Notes under the pieces: generated by a model
Seen by the model: the letters and a program-made list of their open reading frames with translations, nothing else
Told to the model about the DNA's origin: nothing
Databases searched by the model: none
Position numbers and translations under genes: made by a program
Virus record (IMG/VR): IMGVR_UViG_3300017786_003484
Span: 124,001 to 188,000 of that record
Length of the DNA stretch: 64,000 bases
Strand: one strand, 5' to 3'
Part shown: piece after piece, positions 1 to 9,629 of the stretch
Layout: the number at the start of each line of letters is the position of its first letter
How positions within the stretch are numbered: position 1 is the first letter of the stretch

Positions 1-2
1 AT

Positions 3-683
3 GTCTTTGGAGAAATGTCAGCTAATGTTGATCTATCCTCAGACGGAGCAGACGATGTAACAACTCGGTTTGGTTATATTGGCGTAGGTACCAATGCATT
101 GGGAGAAATTTCACTTGGACGTACAATGAGCATTATGGATTCATTTGTTGATAAAGCAGATGTGTTTATGGGTGCAGGAAATCAAGGAGTTCAGAAGACT
201 CCTTTTACTATGAATAACAGTTTGAAGTATACTGGTAGTTTTAGCGGAGTCGATGTTGGCTTTCAAACACAAATGACTGATGATGCACAAGACCATGACT
301 TGGATTTATATCAAATTGGTTTAGGCTACAAAGGCATTGGTGTTGCATATGCAAGAGATGAAATTAATTCATCTGACTACTATGGCTTGGGTGTTTCTCA
401 AAAGTTTGGAAAAATTGGAGCATATGCTAGTGTATCGGTATTAGATGATGATACACAAGCAAATGATGCAGTTGGATATGAACTTGCTGGTTCATATGAT
501 TTAAACGAAAAACTAACACTACAAGGCGGTTGGCAAGATACTGATGTTACATCAGATGACGGTAACTTGACAATTGAATCACAGTATGAGATTGCAACTC
601 AATCAGTATTTTTTACTAATATTGATTATGACTTAACAACAGAAGATGCAACTCTTCGAACAGGTCTTAGCTTTACATTCTAA
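3..683 (+). CDS. Gram-negative-type outer-membrane porin (5' end truncated by the window)
   Basis: Frame is open to the window edge; TRFGYIG..G.ISLGR and NNSLKY motifs, amphipathic beta strands, C-terminal Phe (TGLSFTF). Confidence 0.85.
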   Translation, partial: VFGEMSANVDLSSDGADDVTTRFGYIGVGTNALGEISLGRTMSIMDSFVDKADVFMGAGNQGVQKTPFTMNNSLKYTGSFSGVDVGFQTQMTDDAQDHDLDLYQIGLGYKGIGVAYARDEINSSDYYGLGVSQKFGKIGAYASVSVLDDDTQANDAVGYELAGSYDLNEKLTLQGGWQDTDVTSDDGNLTIESQYEIATQSVFFTNIDYDLTTEDATLRTGLSFTF

Positions 684-698
684 GCTAGTTTTGAATAC

Positions 699-745
699 TT
701 ACCCTCCTCTAGTAATGATATATAATATTATATAGAGGAGGGTAA
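699..745 (+). promoter_or_regulatory. 13-bp perfect hairpin covering the SD of the next gene, with an AT-rich promoter-like loop
   Basis: TTACCCTCCTCTA (699-711) pairs with TAGAGGAGGGTAA (733-745); GAGGAGG lies in the 3' arm; TTG start at 749. Confidence 0.6.
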
Positions 746-748
746 AGT

Positions 749-1471
749 TTGCCACTAATAGAGCAATATCCTAATTATAAATTCTTAGAAACCGTGTTTA
801 GACTCGGACATCTAGATAAACTCAAAAAAGCATTTTATGACAGCAAGCCAGTATGGAACCAAAGAGCAACAAAAACATTCTTTGCTGATTGCGGCTGGTA
901 TAAGTATCCTTATTGTTGTTTCGTTCCTGGTTATGAAGAATTAAATGCTCCAAACGTTATTGGTTTACTGCAATCTGAGATATACAATGCAACAGTTAAC
1001 ATTGTTAAAGAACTGTGGGTAGCACTATATAAAGAAACTGACGAAGAATGGATGCCTTTCGGAGCAGAACTTAACTTAGTAAATCCTGGCAGGAAAATTC
1101 AACCTCACACAGATAATCATTTCTATAGCAATTATGCAACTAGATGTCATGTTGTATTAGAAACTAATAGTAATGTAGAATTTACATTTGGAAACAACGA
1201 ATCACCAACATTTAATGTAGGACATTCTTTTATTTTCAACAATAAAAGAAGGCACGAAATATGCAATTTTGGAAGCACAAACAGAGTTCATTTAGTAGTA
1301 GATTTTTTACCCAAGAACATATTTCCTTATACAGAAAGAACTCTTGCTCCGTTTGGTACTGACAACTCGTGTCATATCATTAATACTATACGTTCAAGAG
1401 ATCATCCTTTGCATAATAAATATGTAGACTATGTTGATAATATACCTATACCTAAAAGAAAAACTATATGA
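749..1471 (+). CDS. AspH-like 2OG-Fe(II) oxygenase
   Basis: PHTD...RCHVVL...HEICN..NRVHLVVD (HxD..H..R). Confidence 0.8.
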   Translation: MPLIEQYPNYKFLETVFRLGHLDKLKKAFYDSKPVWNQRATKTFFADCGWYKYPYCCFVPGYEELNAPNVIGLLQSEIYNATVNIVKELWVALYKETDEEWMPFGAELNLVNPGRKIQPHTDNHFYSNYATRCHVVLETNSNVEFTFGNNESPTFNVGHSFIFNNKRRHEICNFGSTNRVHLVVDFLPKNIFPYTERTLAPFGTDNSCHIINTIRSRDHPLHNKYVDYVDNIPIPKRKTI

Positions 1472-2127
1472 TTTCAGACAATGTTAATCAACCTGTTCAG
1501 GCACATCCTGAATATTTTATCCCTCTAAATTTAACACTACCTCAAGTAGATATCGAAGCACTTAAAGGCGGCATTATTGCTGATTTAAGCGTCAAGCACA
1601 AGGATAGCGATAGATTATGGTTTAATACTGCTATCGCATCTGGTAATCCATTAGAAGAAACGCAGAGAGTAGCAAATGATTTCTTAGAACAATATAATCT
1701 TGAGGCAAGTACTATGGGAATATTTGTTGTTAATGCTAATACATACGATTGGAATATACATAGCGATTCTCAACTTTTAGAAACTAGATTAAATTTTTAT
1801 GAGCTAACAACGGCACCTGGAATAGTAAGATGGTTTCCGGATACAAATGATGGGTATGAAGAGATACATAAAAATATAGAAGGCAATGAATTTGTTGACT
1901 ATGTATGGCCCTGGGTAATAGAATTCAAGCAACAACATAGAGATTGGAGCAAAGTACCACCGGCTATTTGGTCAACTTCTACATCTTGCACTAGTGCATT
2001 GGTTAGAACAAATTTGCCTCATCATGTAGTACAAGGAAACGGAACTAGAATAACCATTACTTGTAAGGTAGTAGATAAAGATACAAAGAGTACAGTTAAT
2101 ACATGGAGCAGATTACAAAAATGTTAA
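1468..2127 (+). CDS. Putative 2OG-Fe(II)/DSBH-fold oxygenase
   Basis: IHSD...RLNF...VRTNLPHHV...RITITCK. Confidence 0.6.
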   Translation: MISDNVNQPVQAHPEYFIPLNLTLPQVDIEALKGGIIADLSVKHKDSDRLWFNTAIASGNPLEETQRVANDFLEQYNLEASTMGIFVVNANTYDWNIHSDSQLLETRLNFYELTTAPGIVRWFPDTNDGYEEIHKNIEGNEFVDYVWPWVIEFKQQHRDWSKVPPAIWSTSTSCTSALVRTNLPHHVVQGNGTRITITCKVVDKDTKSTVNTWSRLQKC

Positions 2128-2555
2128 AAAGAGTTACAAACTTAACTTATGGCATGGCCGAAGAGTTAAAGAAAGATCCTGTTAGGCCGAAGATTTCGCC
2201 TTCAAAGAGGATTGGCAGAAATAAAGACGTTTTCTACGAAATGTCCAATGAGGGAGAAATTGATGCAGTAGTTTGTGTTACATATACAAATGATGTACCT
2301 ACTGATGAATCAAATTTATTTGATATGCCAGGTAAAGACGTTGCTATTTTTTATAGTGTCTGGAGTAACAAGGCCGGTGCTGGACGCAAGATAATCTTTG
2401 ATACAGTCGATGTAATAACAAATGAAAATAAAAATATACAACGTTTTGTAACACTAAGCCCAGACACTAAAATAGCAGAAAGATTTCATCTAAGAAACGG
2501 AGCAATAGTATTCCGTACCAATGACAATACTGTAAATTATGAGTATTTAAAGTAA
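2121..2555 (+). CDS. Small GNAT-fold protein with malonyl-CoA decarboxylase-like motifs
   Basis: AIFYSVWS, RFVTLSP, AERFHLRNGA; alternative start at 2103. Confidence 0.55.
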   Translation: MLKRVTNLTYGMAEELKKDPVRPKISPSKRIGRNKDVFYEMSNEGEIDAVVCVTYTNDVPTDESNLFDMPGKDVAIFYSVWSNKAGAGRKIIFDTVDVITNENKNIQRFVTLSPDTKIAERFHLRNGAIVFRTNDNTVNYEYLK

Positions 2556-2567
2556 TATGCATAAACT

Positions 2568-2598
2568 GGTTGACAGACACAATATATTGTGTTAGTAT
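2568..2598 (+). promoter_or_regulatory. Sigma70-type (early) promoter with a palindromic spacer
   Basis: GG-TTGACA-17 nt-TAGTAT; the spacer contains ACACAATATATTGTGT. Confidence 0.7.
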
Positions 2599-2633
2599 AC
2601 ATTATAAAGTTAAAAAAATGAAAGGACTTTAAT

Positions 2634-2849
2634 ATGAATAAAACAAAATATATCGCAACTAGATTATCCTTAATTGCACTTGCAACATTACTATTCGTAC
2701 AAGTAGTAAGGTTTATTGCAGTACTTGGAACAGACTATGGATTTACTCTACAACAAGTAGGTGCTGGTATTAGTCTTGTTGTAATATTTTCAGTTATGGG
2801 CTTTTGGTTGTCTTCCGATTATGACATGAAGAAGTTAGGTGATAAGTAG
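2634..2849 (+). CDS. Small membrane protein (2 TM), unknown function
   Basis: AAGGA SD; two hydrophobic segments. Confidence 0.7.
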   Translation: MNKTKYIATRLSLIALATLLFVQVVRFIAVLGTDYGFTLQQVGAGISLVVIFSVMGFWLSSDYDMKKLGDK

Positions 2850-2863
2850 AACGGAAATAAAGT

Positions 2864-2939
<76 letters not shown>

Positions 2940-2966
2940 CTTATAACGTAGAAAGAAAAAATAATA

Positions 2967-3212
2967 ATGAAATGGTTTTTTATATTAATGGTAATGACAC
3001 AAAATACTCCTGTGCAAGATCACCTATACCTTATCCAAGATCCAAAGTTTAGTACTGCTCCTGAATGTTTGCAGTTTGTTAATAATCAAATACAAATGTT
3101 AAAGGCTTTACAGATGCAAAAATTTCCTACTCAGGATATTGAAAATGTATATTGTATGACTCAGGATGCTTTAGATGAATTAGTTAAAGATAGAAGTAAG
3201 AAGGACATATAA
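2967..3212 (+). CDS. Hypothetical protein
   Basis: Hydrophobic N-terminus, two Cys; TAATG coupling to the next gene. Confidence 0.65.
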   Translation: MKWFFILMVMTQNTPVQDHLYLIQDPKFSTAPECLQFVNNQIQMLKALQMQKFPTQDIENVYCMTQDALDELVKDRSKKDI

Positions 3213-3865
3213 TGGAAATATTAAATAAAGACGGCATGCTAGATAAAAGAAATACAATGTACCCTTCTTATGCCGAAAAGATTACAAATGCATTTAAAAC
3301 TTCTGAGGCCTATAGTTCAACTTATGGATATGTACTAAACGGAGAAGTTGAATTACCAAATAAATGGATTGCAAGAGAGAAGGAATATTTTTCTTTTGCA
3401 AGTCATGAATCAACAGATTTTGAAGTAACAGGGACGGCAGTATTTTTTACTAGACTAGGACATATGCATCAAAACAACTTAGGAGGTCCTATTGAAGACA
3501 GTGGACGACTTTGTTATATAGATGGTTGTAGTGATAGTTTATTAATATATCCAAGTCGTGCAGGAGATCCAAGTGTTAACCTTTTAGCTTTCCCTGCAGG
3601 CATTAACCAAACATTTCATATTCACCCTAGTGTAAGATTAGGATTTGTTGCTGAAGGATCAGGTAATGCAGAAATGATAACAGGTGAAGTGTATCCGTTA
3701 GAAGCAGGAAGTATCTTTTGTATTGAAGAAAGAGAAAATCATAGATTTCAAACAATAAACGATACAATGAAAATTATTGCATACCATCCAGATGGAGATT
3801 GGGGACCAACTGATCAAAATCATACAATGTTAAATCGTACATATATACTCGACGGTGGCCAATAA
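3212..3865 (+). CDS. Cupin-domain protein
   Basis: YIDGCSDSLL...QTFHIHPSVRLG...HRFQT...IAYHPD. Confidence 0.75.
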   Translation: MEILNKDGMLDKRNTMYPSYAEKITNAFKTSEAYSSTYGYVLNGEVELPNKWIAREKEYFSFASHESTDFEVTGTAVFFTRLGHMHQNNLGGPIEDSGRLCYIDGCSDSLLIYPSRAGDPSVNLLAFPAGINQTFHIHPSVRLGFVAEGSGNAEMITGEVYPLEAGSIFCIEERENHRFQTINDTMKIIAYHPDGDWGPTDQNHTMLNRTYILDGGQ

Positions 3866-4569
3866 TGTTCACAACAGAACCAACACTACAATATCTAATT
3901 GTAGATGGTAGAACTAATATCATTCTAGTTGGAACAACAAATGCAGATGTAGCATCTGCATTGATGCTAAGAAGATCCTATTATAGATCAGAAGTAGACT
4001 ACATGAACAATTCAAATAAGAACAAAGGTCTTTTTGCTACTGGTTTAGATAGAGAGTTTGCTCAGATGCAAGTCACCTATAGAATGAATTATCATGTTAA
4101 GTGGGGCGGTACTCCAAACAAATCAGGTCGGCATGAAATAGAGACTGTTAGGGATTGGACTAATCTTAATAAACATGATGTTACAGAAACTAGACAAGAA
4201 GCAATGACAGCTGAAACATTCTATGCTAGTGCATGGCAGATTCTTATGCATTCTTTAAGATGGACACCTCCAGAAAATGACATGGTGATTAGATTTTATC
4301 CTGAACTGTTAGATGCAGTTAATAAATGTATCCCACTCCAAGATTATTATGTTGATGATATTATTGAATATGCTTCTATTACTGGAATAACACCTAAGCA
4401 AGCCTATAATGAAATTAACAACCAACTAATACCTATACGCAAACAACGTATTCGTGCGTATGCCCTCTGGCAAAAATATACCCAAAAGATGCTAATGGTA
4501 GACACTAAACAAGAATTTCAGAATATACTTTCAGAAATTAGAAACAACGTATTTTTAGGAACAGAGTAG
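3865..4569 (+). CDS. Hypothetical protein; candidate partner of the downstream PP-loop ATPase
   Basis: 234 aa; similar size and position to 12790 and 25314, but sequence similarity is weak. Confidence 0.65.
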   Translation: MFTTEPTLQYLIVDGRTNIILVGTTNADVASALMLRRSYYRSEVDYMNNSNKNKGLFATGLDREFAQMQVTYRMNYHVKWGGTPNKSGRHEIETVRDWTNLNKHDVTETRQEAMTAETFYASAWQILMHSLRWTPPENDMVIRFYPELLDAVNKCIPLQDYYVDDIIEYASITGITPKQAYNEINNQLIPIRKQRIRAYALWQKYTQKMLMVDTKQEFQNILSEIRNNVFLGTE

Positions 4570-4570
4570 A

Positions 4571-4888
4571 ATGTATAGACCATTACCAGACGGATTAACA
4601 ATAAGAGAATCAAATGTACAAGGATTAGGATTATTTGCAACCAAAGATTTTGATGCAGATGTAGTATTAGGAATTGTACATGTTATGAATAAAAACTTTC
4701 CTCATGGAAGTATTAGAACGGCATTAGGTGCTTTTTATAATCATTCAGATGACCCTAATTGCAAAAACCATGAAGGCTTCTGGCATCAGATTCCTGTCCG
4801 TTATTTAACTACAACTAAACCTATCAAAGCAGGTGATGAATTAACTGCAAAGTACACTTTATATAATAATTTTGAGGATGTAGCATAA
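4571..4888 (+). CDS. SET-domain protein (minimal lysine methyltransferase fold)
   Basis: GLGLFATKD, FYNHSDDPNC, IKAGDELTAKY. Confidence 0.85.
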   Translation: MYRPLPDGLTIRESNVQGLGLFATKDFDADVVLGIVHVMNKNFPHGSIRTALGAFYNHSDDPNCKNHEGFWHQIPVRYLTTTKPIKAGDELTAKYTLYNNFEDVA

Positions 4889-5979
4889 TGGGCGAATTGT
4901 TATTATCTACAGTTTCTAGTCAAGTACATACCGCAACAAACAAAACACAAGACCAACTGGATTTTTATTCCATTTATAAGGTTATTGCTCCAACAGTTAA
5001 TTTATGTGACAGAACTGGTCACGTTATAACTCCTTACAATTATAAAATTACATTACCATTACCAGATAATGGTAAAGTAGGAACATTTGAAGAAATTGCA
5101 ATCGCCAGGGCAAAAGAGTTATTAGAGTTAAGTAGGGCAACTAATAAGCCTTGTTTAGTTTTGTGGAGTGGAGGCATTGATAGTACAACAGTATTAACAG
5201 CATTAATTATAGCCGCTGATGGAGATTATAGTAATATTAAAGTTTGTATGAATGCTCAATCAATAAGAGAAAATCCTAAATTTTATTATAATTATGTTAG
5301 AGGTAAAATGGAAATTGCTCCTAGTGAAATAATGTTTGATTATATTAACAAAGATCATATTATTTGTAGCGGAGAGGGTTGTGATCAGTTATTTGGAACT
5401 GACATATATCTAGCAATTCAGGGCTGGGATAATAATGCAAGTATGTTCCAACCATATAGTTTTGAAAATGTTGGTGCATTTTTCGTACACAAAGGAATGT
5501 CTAACAGACAAGCAAGAATTTGGTTTGATATAATGGATAACCAAATTAAAGCAAAACAGCCTTGTGAAATTACAGATTTTAAAGATTTCTTTTGGTGGTA
5601 CAACTTCTGTTATAAATGGCAAAATGTATATTATAGACTTTTTAATATGGGAAAGAGAATGTCTATAACACTTGACCAAGATTTCTTTGATAACAACTAC
5701 CATAACTTTTTTATGAATGACGACTTTCAAAGATGGAGTATAAACAATCCTGATAAGAAAATTACAAAGGACTGGGCTTCTTATAAATTTACAGCCAAAG
5801 AGTTTATATATTCATTTGATAAGGATGAGGAATACTTTAATAATAAAGTTAAGATTCCAAGTCTGATAAACGTGTTTCGAACTATAGAGCATGTTGGCGG
5901 ACTAAATTCTGATTTTGAATTTTTACCTAAAAACTTTGATATTGAACCTTATATTAACAAAACAAACAGTTTTACTTAG
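4888..5979 (+). CDS. Asparagine-synthetase-like PP-loop ATPase lacking a glutaminase domain, paralog A
   Basis: WSGGIDST, SGEGCDQLFG, DFFWW, FQRWS, YK..AKEFIY. Confidence 0.8.
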   Translation: MGELLLSTVSSQVHTATNKTQDQLDFYSIYKVIAPTVNLCDRTGHVITPYNYKITLPLPDNGKVGTFEEIAIARAKELLELSRATNKPCLVLWSGGIDSTTVLTALIIAADGDYSNIKVCMNAQSIRENPKFYYNYVRGKMEIAPSEIMFDYINKDHIICSGEGCDQLFGTDIYLAIQGWDNNASMFQPYSFENVGAFFVHKGMSNRQARIWFDIMDNQIKAKQPCEITDFKDFFWWYNFCYKWQNVYYRLFNMGKRMSITLDQDFFDNNYHNFFMNDDFQRWSINNPDKKITKDWASYKFTAKEFIYSFDKDEEYFNNKVKIPSLINVFRTIEHVGGLNSDFEFLPKNFDIEPYINKTNSFT

Positions 5980-6015
5980 GCTAACAATGTCACCCAAAAA
6001 CTAATATATACTAAC

Positions 6016-6957
6016 ATGGAATATGGATTAGACAACAAACAAGAATTTTATGTTGATTATACATCTTGTACTAGACCAGTAGGTAACATGCGAGATGAAA
6101 TGGAAATTGCATGTACTAACTTAGCAGAAGATGCACAAAGTAGAAATACTTCTGTACTCATCAGCCTTAGTAGTGGATTAGATAGTCAGGTATTGTTGCA
6201 CACATTTCATTCTTTAGGACTGCCATTTAGTACAGCCTTCTGCCATTGGCCAGGTTATAATGATAACGAACGTAGTAATATAGATATACTAGATAACAAG
6301 TATAATAATAAAACTACTATTATTGAAATTAATCCAGATGATCATAAAGAAGAAGTTGAAAAACTAGCAATCAGTACTGGAATTCCAGCAGAACATCATT
6401 TAATGAAAATGTTTTTAAAGCAACTACCAAATGAATTAGATATATTACAAGGTATTGAGAGTTTTGATTTTATATTCCGTAATAAAAAAACATATTGTAT
6501 GGAAAGTTGGACTGCAATAGAAATAGCAAGTCAAAGAGCATTACAAGAAGTTGACCGAGAAGGTAAGATAGTATCAATTGACAGACGTTCTAATTTTAAC
6601 GAGTTTACACTAGCATTGTTAAGTGATTCAATAGTTGAAGGCTATTGCAATTCTATTAGGTATATTGCTGGCAATGGATTAATTGAGAAAAAATCAGGAG
6701 AGTCACCTCCTCTAATATTTTCATGGGAATATTATGTCAAACCTTTATTATATGGTTTATATTGGAAAGGTGAATTGGAGTTATTTCCAAAAGATGTTAG
6801 TGCAAATAATATTGCTTGGATAATGAATCCAAGCGACAACAGGCTAAGGCACAATTATAAAAATAAATGCGCCTATGTTGAAAGGAACGAATTAATAAAC
6901 CATCTAAAAGATTTTGGGTCTAATAAGACTCGTAGATGGCATCAGTATAAAGGATAA
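6016..6957 (+). CDS. PP-loop (adenine-nucleotide alpha-hydrolase-like) protein
   Basis: ISLSSGLDSQ. Confidence 0.6.
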   Translation: MEYGLDNKQEFYVDYTSCTRPVGNMRDEMEIACTNLAEDAQSRNTSVLISLSSGLDSQVLLHTFHSLGLPFSTAFCHWPGYNDNERSNIDILDNKYNNKTTIIEINPDDHKEEVEKLAISTGIPAEHHLMKMFLKQLPNELDILQGIESFDFIFRNKKTYCMESWTAIEIASQRALQEVDREGKIVSIDRRSNFNEFTLALLSDSIVEGYCNSIRYIAGNGLIEKKSGESPPLIFSWEYYVKPLLYGLYWKGELELFPKDVSANNIAWIMNPSDNRLRHNYKNKCAYVERNELINHLKDFGSNKTRRWHQYKG

Positions 6958-6961
6958 AAAT

Positions 6962-8272
6962 ATGCCGGCACCACTTATAGATCCAAACGGATCTTTACCA
7001 GAAAAGAATATAATTGTAAATCCTTATATTAATAAGAAGTTAGGATATTATATTGTAGACGGCTTTGAATTTGATTCAAAAATTAGAGCAGGGTTACATT
7101 CTGTTAAAGTAAATAAGCCAGTACAATGGATATTTAACAACAAAGAATTTAGATCGCACGACTGGAGTGTTGAACCTAGTGAAACTTTAGATCAGTTATA
7201 TGATGCAAGAGCTTTTGACCTAAGAGTAAAATATGATTATCTTATTTTAAGTTTTAGTGGAGGAAGCGATTCTTGGAATATTTATAAAGCATTTCAACGA
7301 CAAGGCTTACATATTGACGAGGTAATTGTTAATACAATGTCTAAGGCAAGTAAAGGATTAGTAACAGATACTAGTACTAAAGCATTTAATGCTCCTGAAA
7401 GCGAACATGTAAGAAACACAGTACCTAGGCTTAAAGAAATACAAAAAGAAATGCCTATGACAAAGATTACTGTTACTGATCAAAGTGACTATCTGTTTGA
7501 AAGCCTAGAGGCGGCCGGAGATGCTAGTTGGGTATTAGAGAAACGTGAGGGATTAAATCCTGCAGGTATTACTAGATTCAATTATTTGCATTTTATGGAA
7601 GTAAGAAAGAGATTTGATAAAGATAAAAAGATAGGGCTGATAGTTGGTATTGAAAAGCCTAGAACACTTGTTCACCAAGGACGTTTCTTTGTTAGATTTG
7701 CAGACAGAAGTACCAATATGATTACAGTAGCAGAACATTTAAAAGACTATCCTAATTCAACAGTTGAATTCTTTTACTGGTCTCCAGATTGTGTTCCTTT
7801 GCTTATTAAACAAGCTCATGTTGTTAAGAAATACCTTGAGGCTAATCCTTCTATGCAAGTTCATTTCAATAGTGAAAATTCTACAGGAAAAGTATATAGA
7901 TTATTGCACGAGCCTTTACTTAGAAACTTATTATACAGTACCTGGGATCAACGTTGGTTCCAAGCAGAGAAAGCAGTATTAGATTGGGATAGTGAATTTG
8001 ATCAATGGTTTAGAGTTGGTTATCAAGATACTAAAGCATATCAAGTTTGGATGGAAGGTCTAAAGTATGTAGCAGACAACTTAAAGCCCTTTCTACGTTA
8101 TGTAGAAGATCCTGATAATGATATATGGAATACTAGTGTAATGAATTCTTTTATTGATAGGGGTGATGAATTAGTTGGACAACGTCCGGATGGTTTGGCT
8201 CCGGTCCTTCATAACTACGAAGTTGGTAGAATGAAAGTAACCGGGCCAGGTGTTAATACGTTTATGCGTTAG
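6962..8272 (+). CDS. PP-loop ATPase family protein
   Basis: YDYLILSFSGGSDSWN, GIEKPR, EFFYWSPD; start moved to ATG 6962 after AAGGA. Confidence 0.7.
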   Translation: MPAPLIDPNGSLPEKNIIVNPYINKKLGYYIVDGFEFDSKIRAGLHSVKVNKPVQWIFNNKEFRSHDWSVEPSETLDQLYDARAFDLRVKYDYLILSFSGGSDSWNIYKAFQRQGLHIDEVIVNTMSKASKGLVTDTSTKAFNAPESEHVRNTVPRLKEIQKEMPMTKITVTDQSDYLFESLEAAGDASWVLEKREGLNPAGITRFNYLHFMEVRKRFDKDKKIGLIVGIEKPRTLVHQGRFFVRFADRSTNMITVAEHLKDYPNSTVEFFYWSPDCVPLLIKQAHVVKKYLEANPSMQVHFNSENSTGKVYRLLHEPLLRNLLYSTWDQRWFQAEKAVLDWDSEFDQWFRVGYQDTKAYQVWMEGLKYVADNLKPFLRYVEDPDNDIWNTSVMNSFIDRGDELVGQRPDGLAPVLHNYEVGRMKVTGPGVNTFMR

Positions 8273-9189
8273 TTCTTCTGTAATGGAATATTATTGTCTA
8301 TTAAAAATGCTTTTAATTTAACATTATTACGGAAAGCAAAAAGTTTTGTTTCTAAGTCTGTTCCTGCAATAGGAAACAATCCAATATTTTTAAGTCCTTG
8401 AACAAACTCTTTTCTCTTAAAAACATTGCTAATATCTTCTTTAATACTATCTAAGTTAGGCGACTTCCTTGATGCAATTAATCCAATAGGACTAACAAAC
8501 GGAAACTCTTCCTTGTACACATCTTGCCATGTAGGAATGTCTAATCCTAGATCTTGACTTGACATGATACTTGTAATATTAGCATTTAAATGATTTTTTA
8601 CAGTTGGATAATTTGCAAACATACAATCAATATTTCCTGCAAGTAGATCACTTAATGCAGTAGTTCCTCCTTTGGCATAAGGAATAACCTTACTTTCAAT
8701 TTTTAAGTTTTTAATAAGAACTTCAGTAGCAAGATGCTCACTACTACCATATCCTGCCGCTCCAAAAAGAATTTTGCCTTTGCTGAATTTTTCAAGGTCG
8801 CTAACAGTAAAAAACTTTCTGTCGTTGTTGCAGACTAGTACGTTTGGCATTGTAGCAACAACACCAACTAGTTCAAAGTCTTTAATAGGATCATATGGTA
8901 AATCGTTAAACCTAATTTCGTTAGTAACATAGATTTGTGCCATTGTTGCTGTAATAATAGCATTATTGGTTTTTAACATATGTTTGATTGCAATTTTGCC
9001 TGCGGCACCTGGCCTGTTTACAACATTATATTTGTTATCAGAATTAATAACATTTTTTTCAATTAGTCTTGTAGTCTGATCACTTGGGCCTCCGGGTCCG
9101 TGATGTACTGTAAATTCAATATCTGCGGCTGAGGCAGTCGAAACAGCAAATGCCATAATTGCGGCACTAGTTAAAATATTTTTAATCAT
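8269..9189 (-). CDS. Tripartite tricarboxylate transporter substrate-binding protein (TctC/Bug family)
   Basis: Signal peptide, PGGPSD, NRPGAAG, IPYAKGG..ALSDLLAG. Confidence 0.85.
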   Translation of the reverse strand: MIKNILTSAAIMAFAVSTASAADIEFTVHHGPGGPSDQTTRLIEKNVINSDNKYNVVNRPGAAGKIAIKHMLKTNNAIITATMAQIYVTNEIRFNDLPYDPIKDFELVGVVATMPNVLVCNNDRKFFTVSDLEKFSKGKILFGAAGYGSSEHLATEVLIKNLKIESKVIPYAKGGTTALSDLLAGNIDCMFANYPTVKNHLNANITSIMSSQDLGLDIPTWQDVYKEEFPFVSPIGLIASRKSPNLDSIKEDISNVFKRKEFVQGLKNIGLFPIAGTDLETKLFAFRNNVKLKAFLIDNNIPLQKN

Positions 9190-9208
9190 GTATCTTTCTT
9201 CTCTTTTA

Positions 9209-9239
9209 GGTTGACTTCTTTGTCAATATGCTATACTAT
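9209..9239 (+). promoter_or_regulatory. Sigma70-type promoter
   Basis: GG-TTGACT-17 nt-TACTAT. Confidence 0.6.
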
Positions 9240-9285
9240 ATATTATAAATTAACCATTGGTGTTTACCAAGAAAGTGAGATATGA

Positions 9286-9594
9286 GTGACATATGATAAG
9301 AAGCTAGATGATAAGATTGCTGATCTTAATTCTACTAGGGTCTATAAGAAAATTACTCCATTGCATACTACTGATTGGTATATTAAGTGGGCCGCCTCCG
9401 GAGTTATACTTCTAGCAGTTATGTGCCGTAGTGTTGAAGAAGTTCCAAAGATATACGATCTTGTATTATCCTTTGTTGGATGTAGTGGATGGGCTTTAGT
9501 TGGCTATCTATGGCATGATAGAGCATTATTAATGCTTAATAGTGTATTGTTGTTTGTATTAGGAACGGGAATCTTAACATACATATTTAAATAG
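9286..9594 (+). CDS. Small membrane protein (DUF6552-like)
   Basis: WYIKWAAS...GW..VGYLWHDRAL..LN; 3 TM. Confidence 0.6.
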   Translation: MTYDKKLDDKIADLNSTRVYKKITPLHTTDWYIKWAASGVILLAVMCRSVEEVPKIYDLVLSFVGCSGWALVGYLWHDRALLMLNSVLLFVLGTGILTYIFK

Positions 9595-9629
9595 CCAAAC
9601 CGGTAAATAGTTATACGGAGGATATTTAA

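Noticed and set aside
9211-9226. TTGAC-N6-GTCAA as a divergent sigma70 promoter for the TctC gene
   Set aside because: No -10 box at the correct spacing on the minus strand
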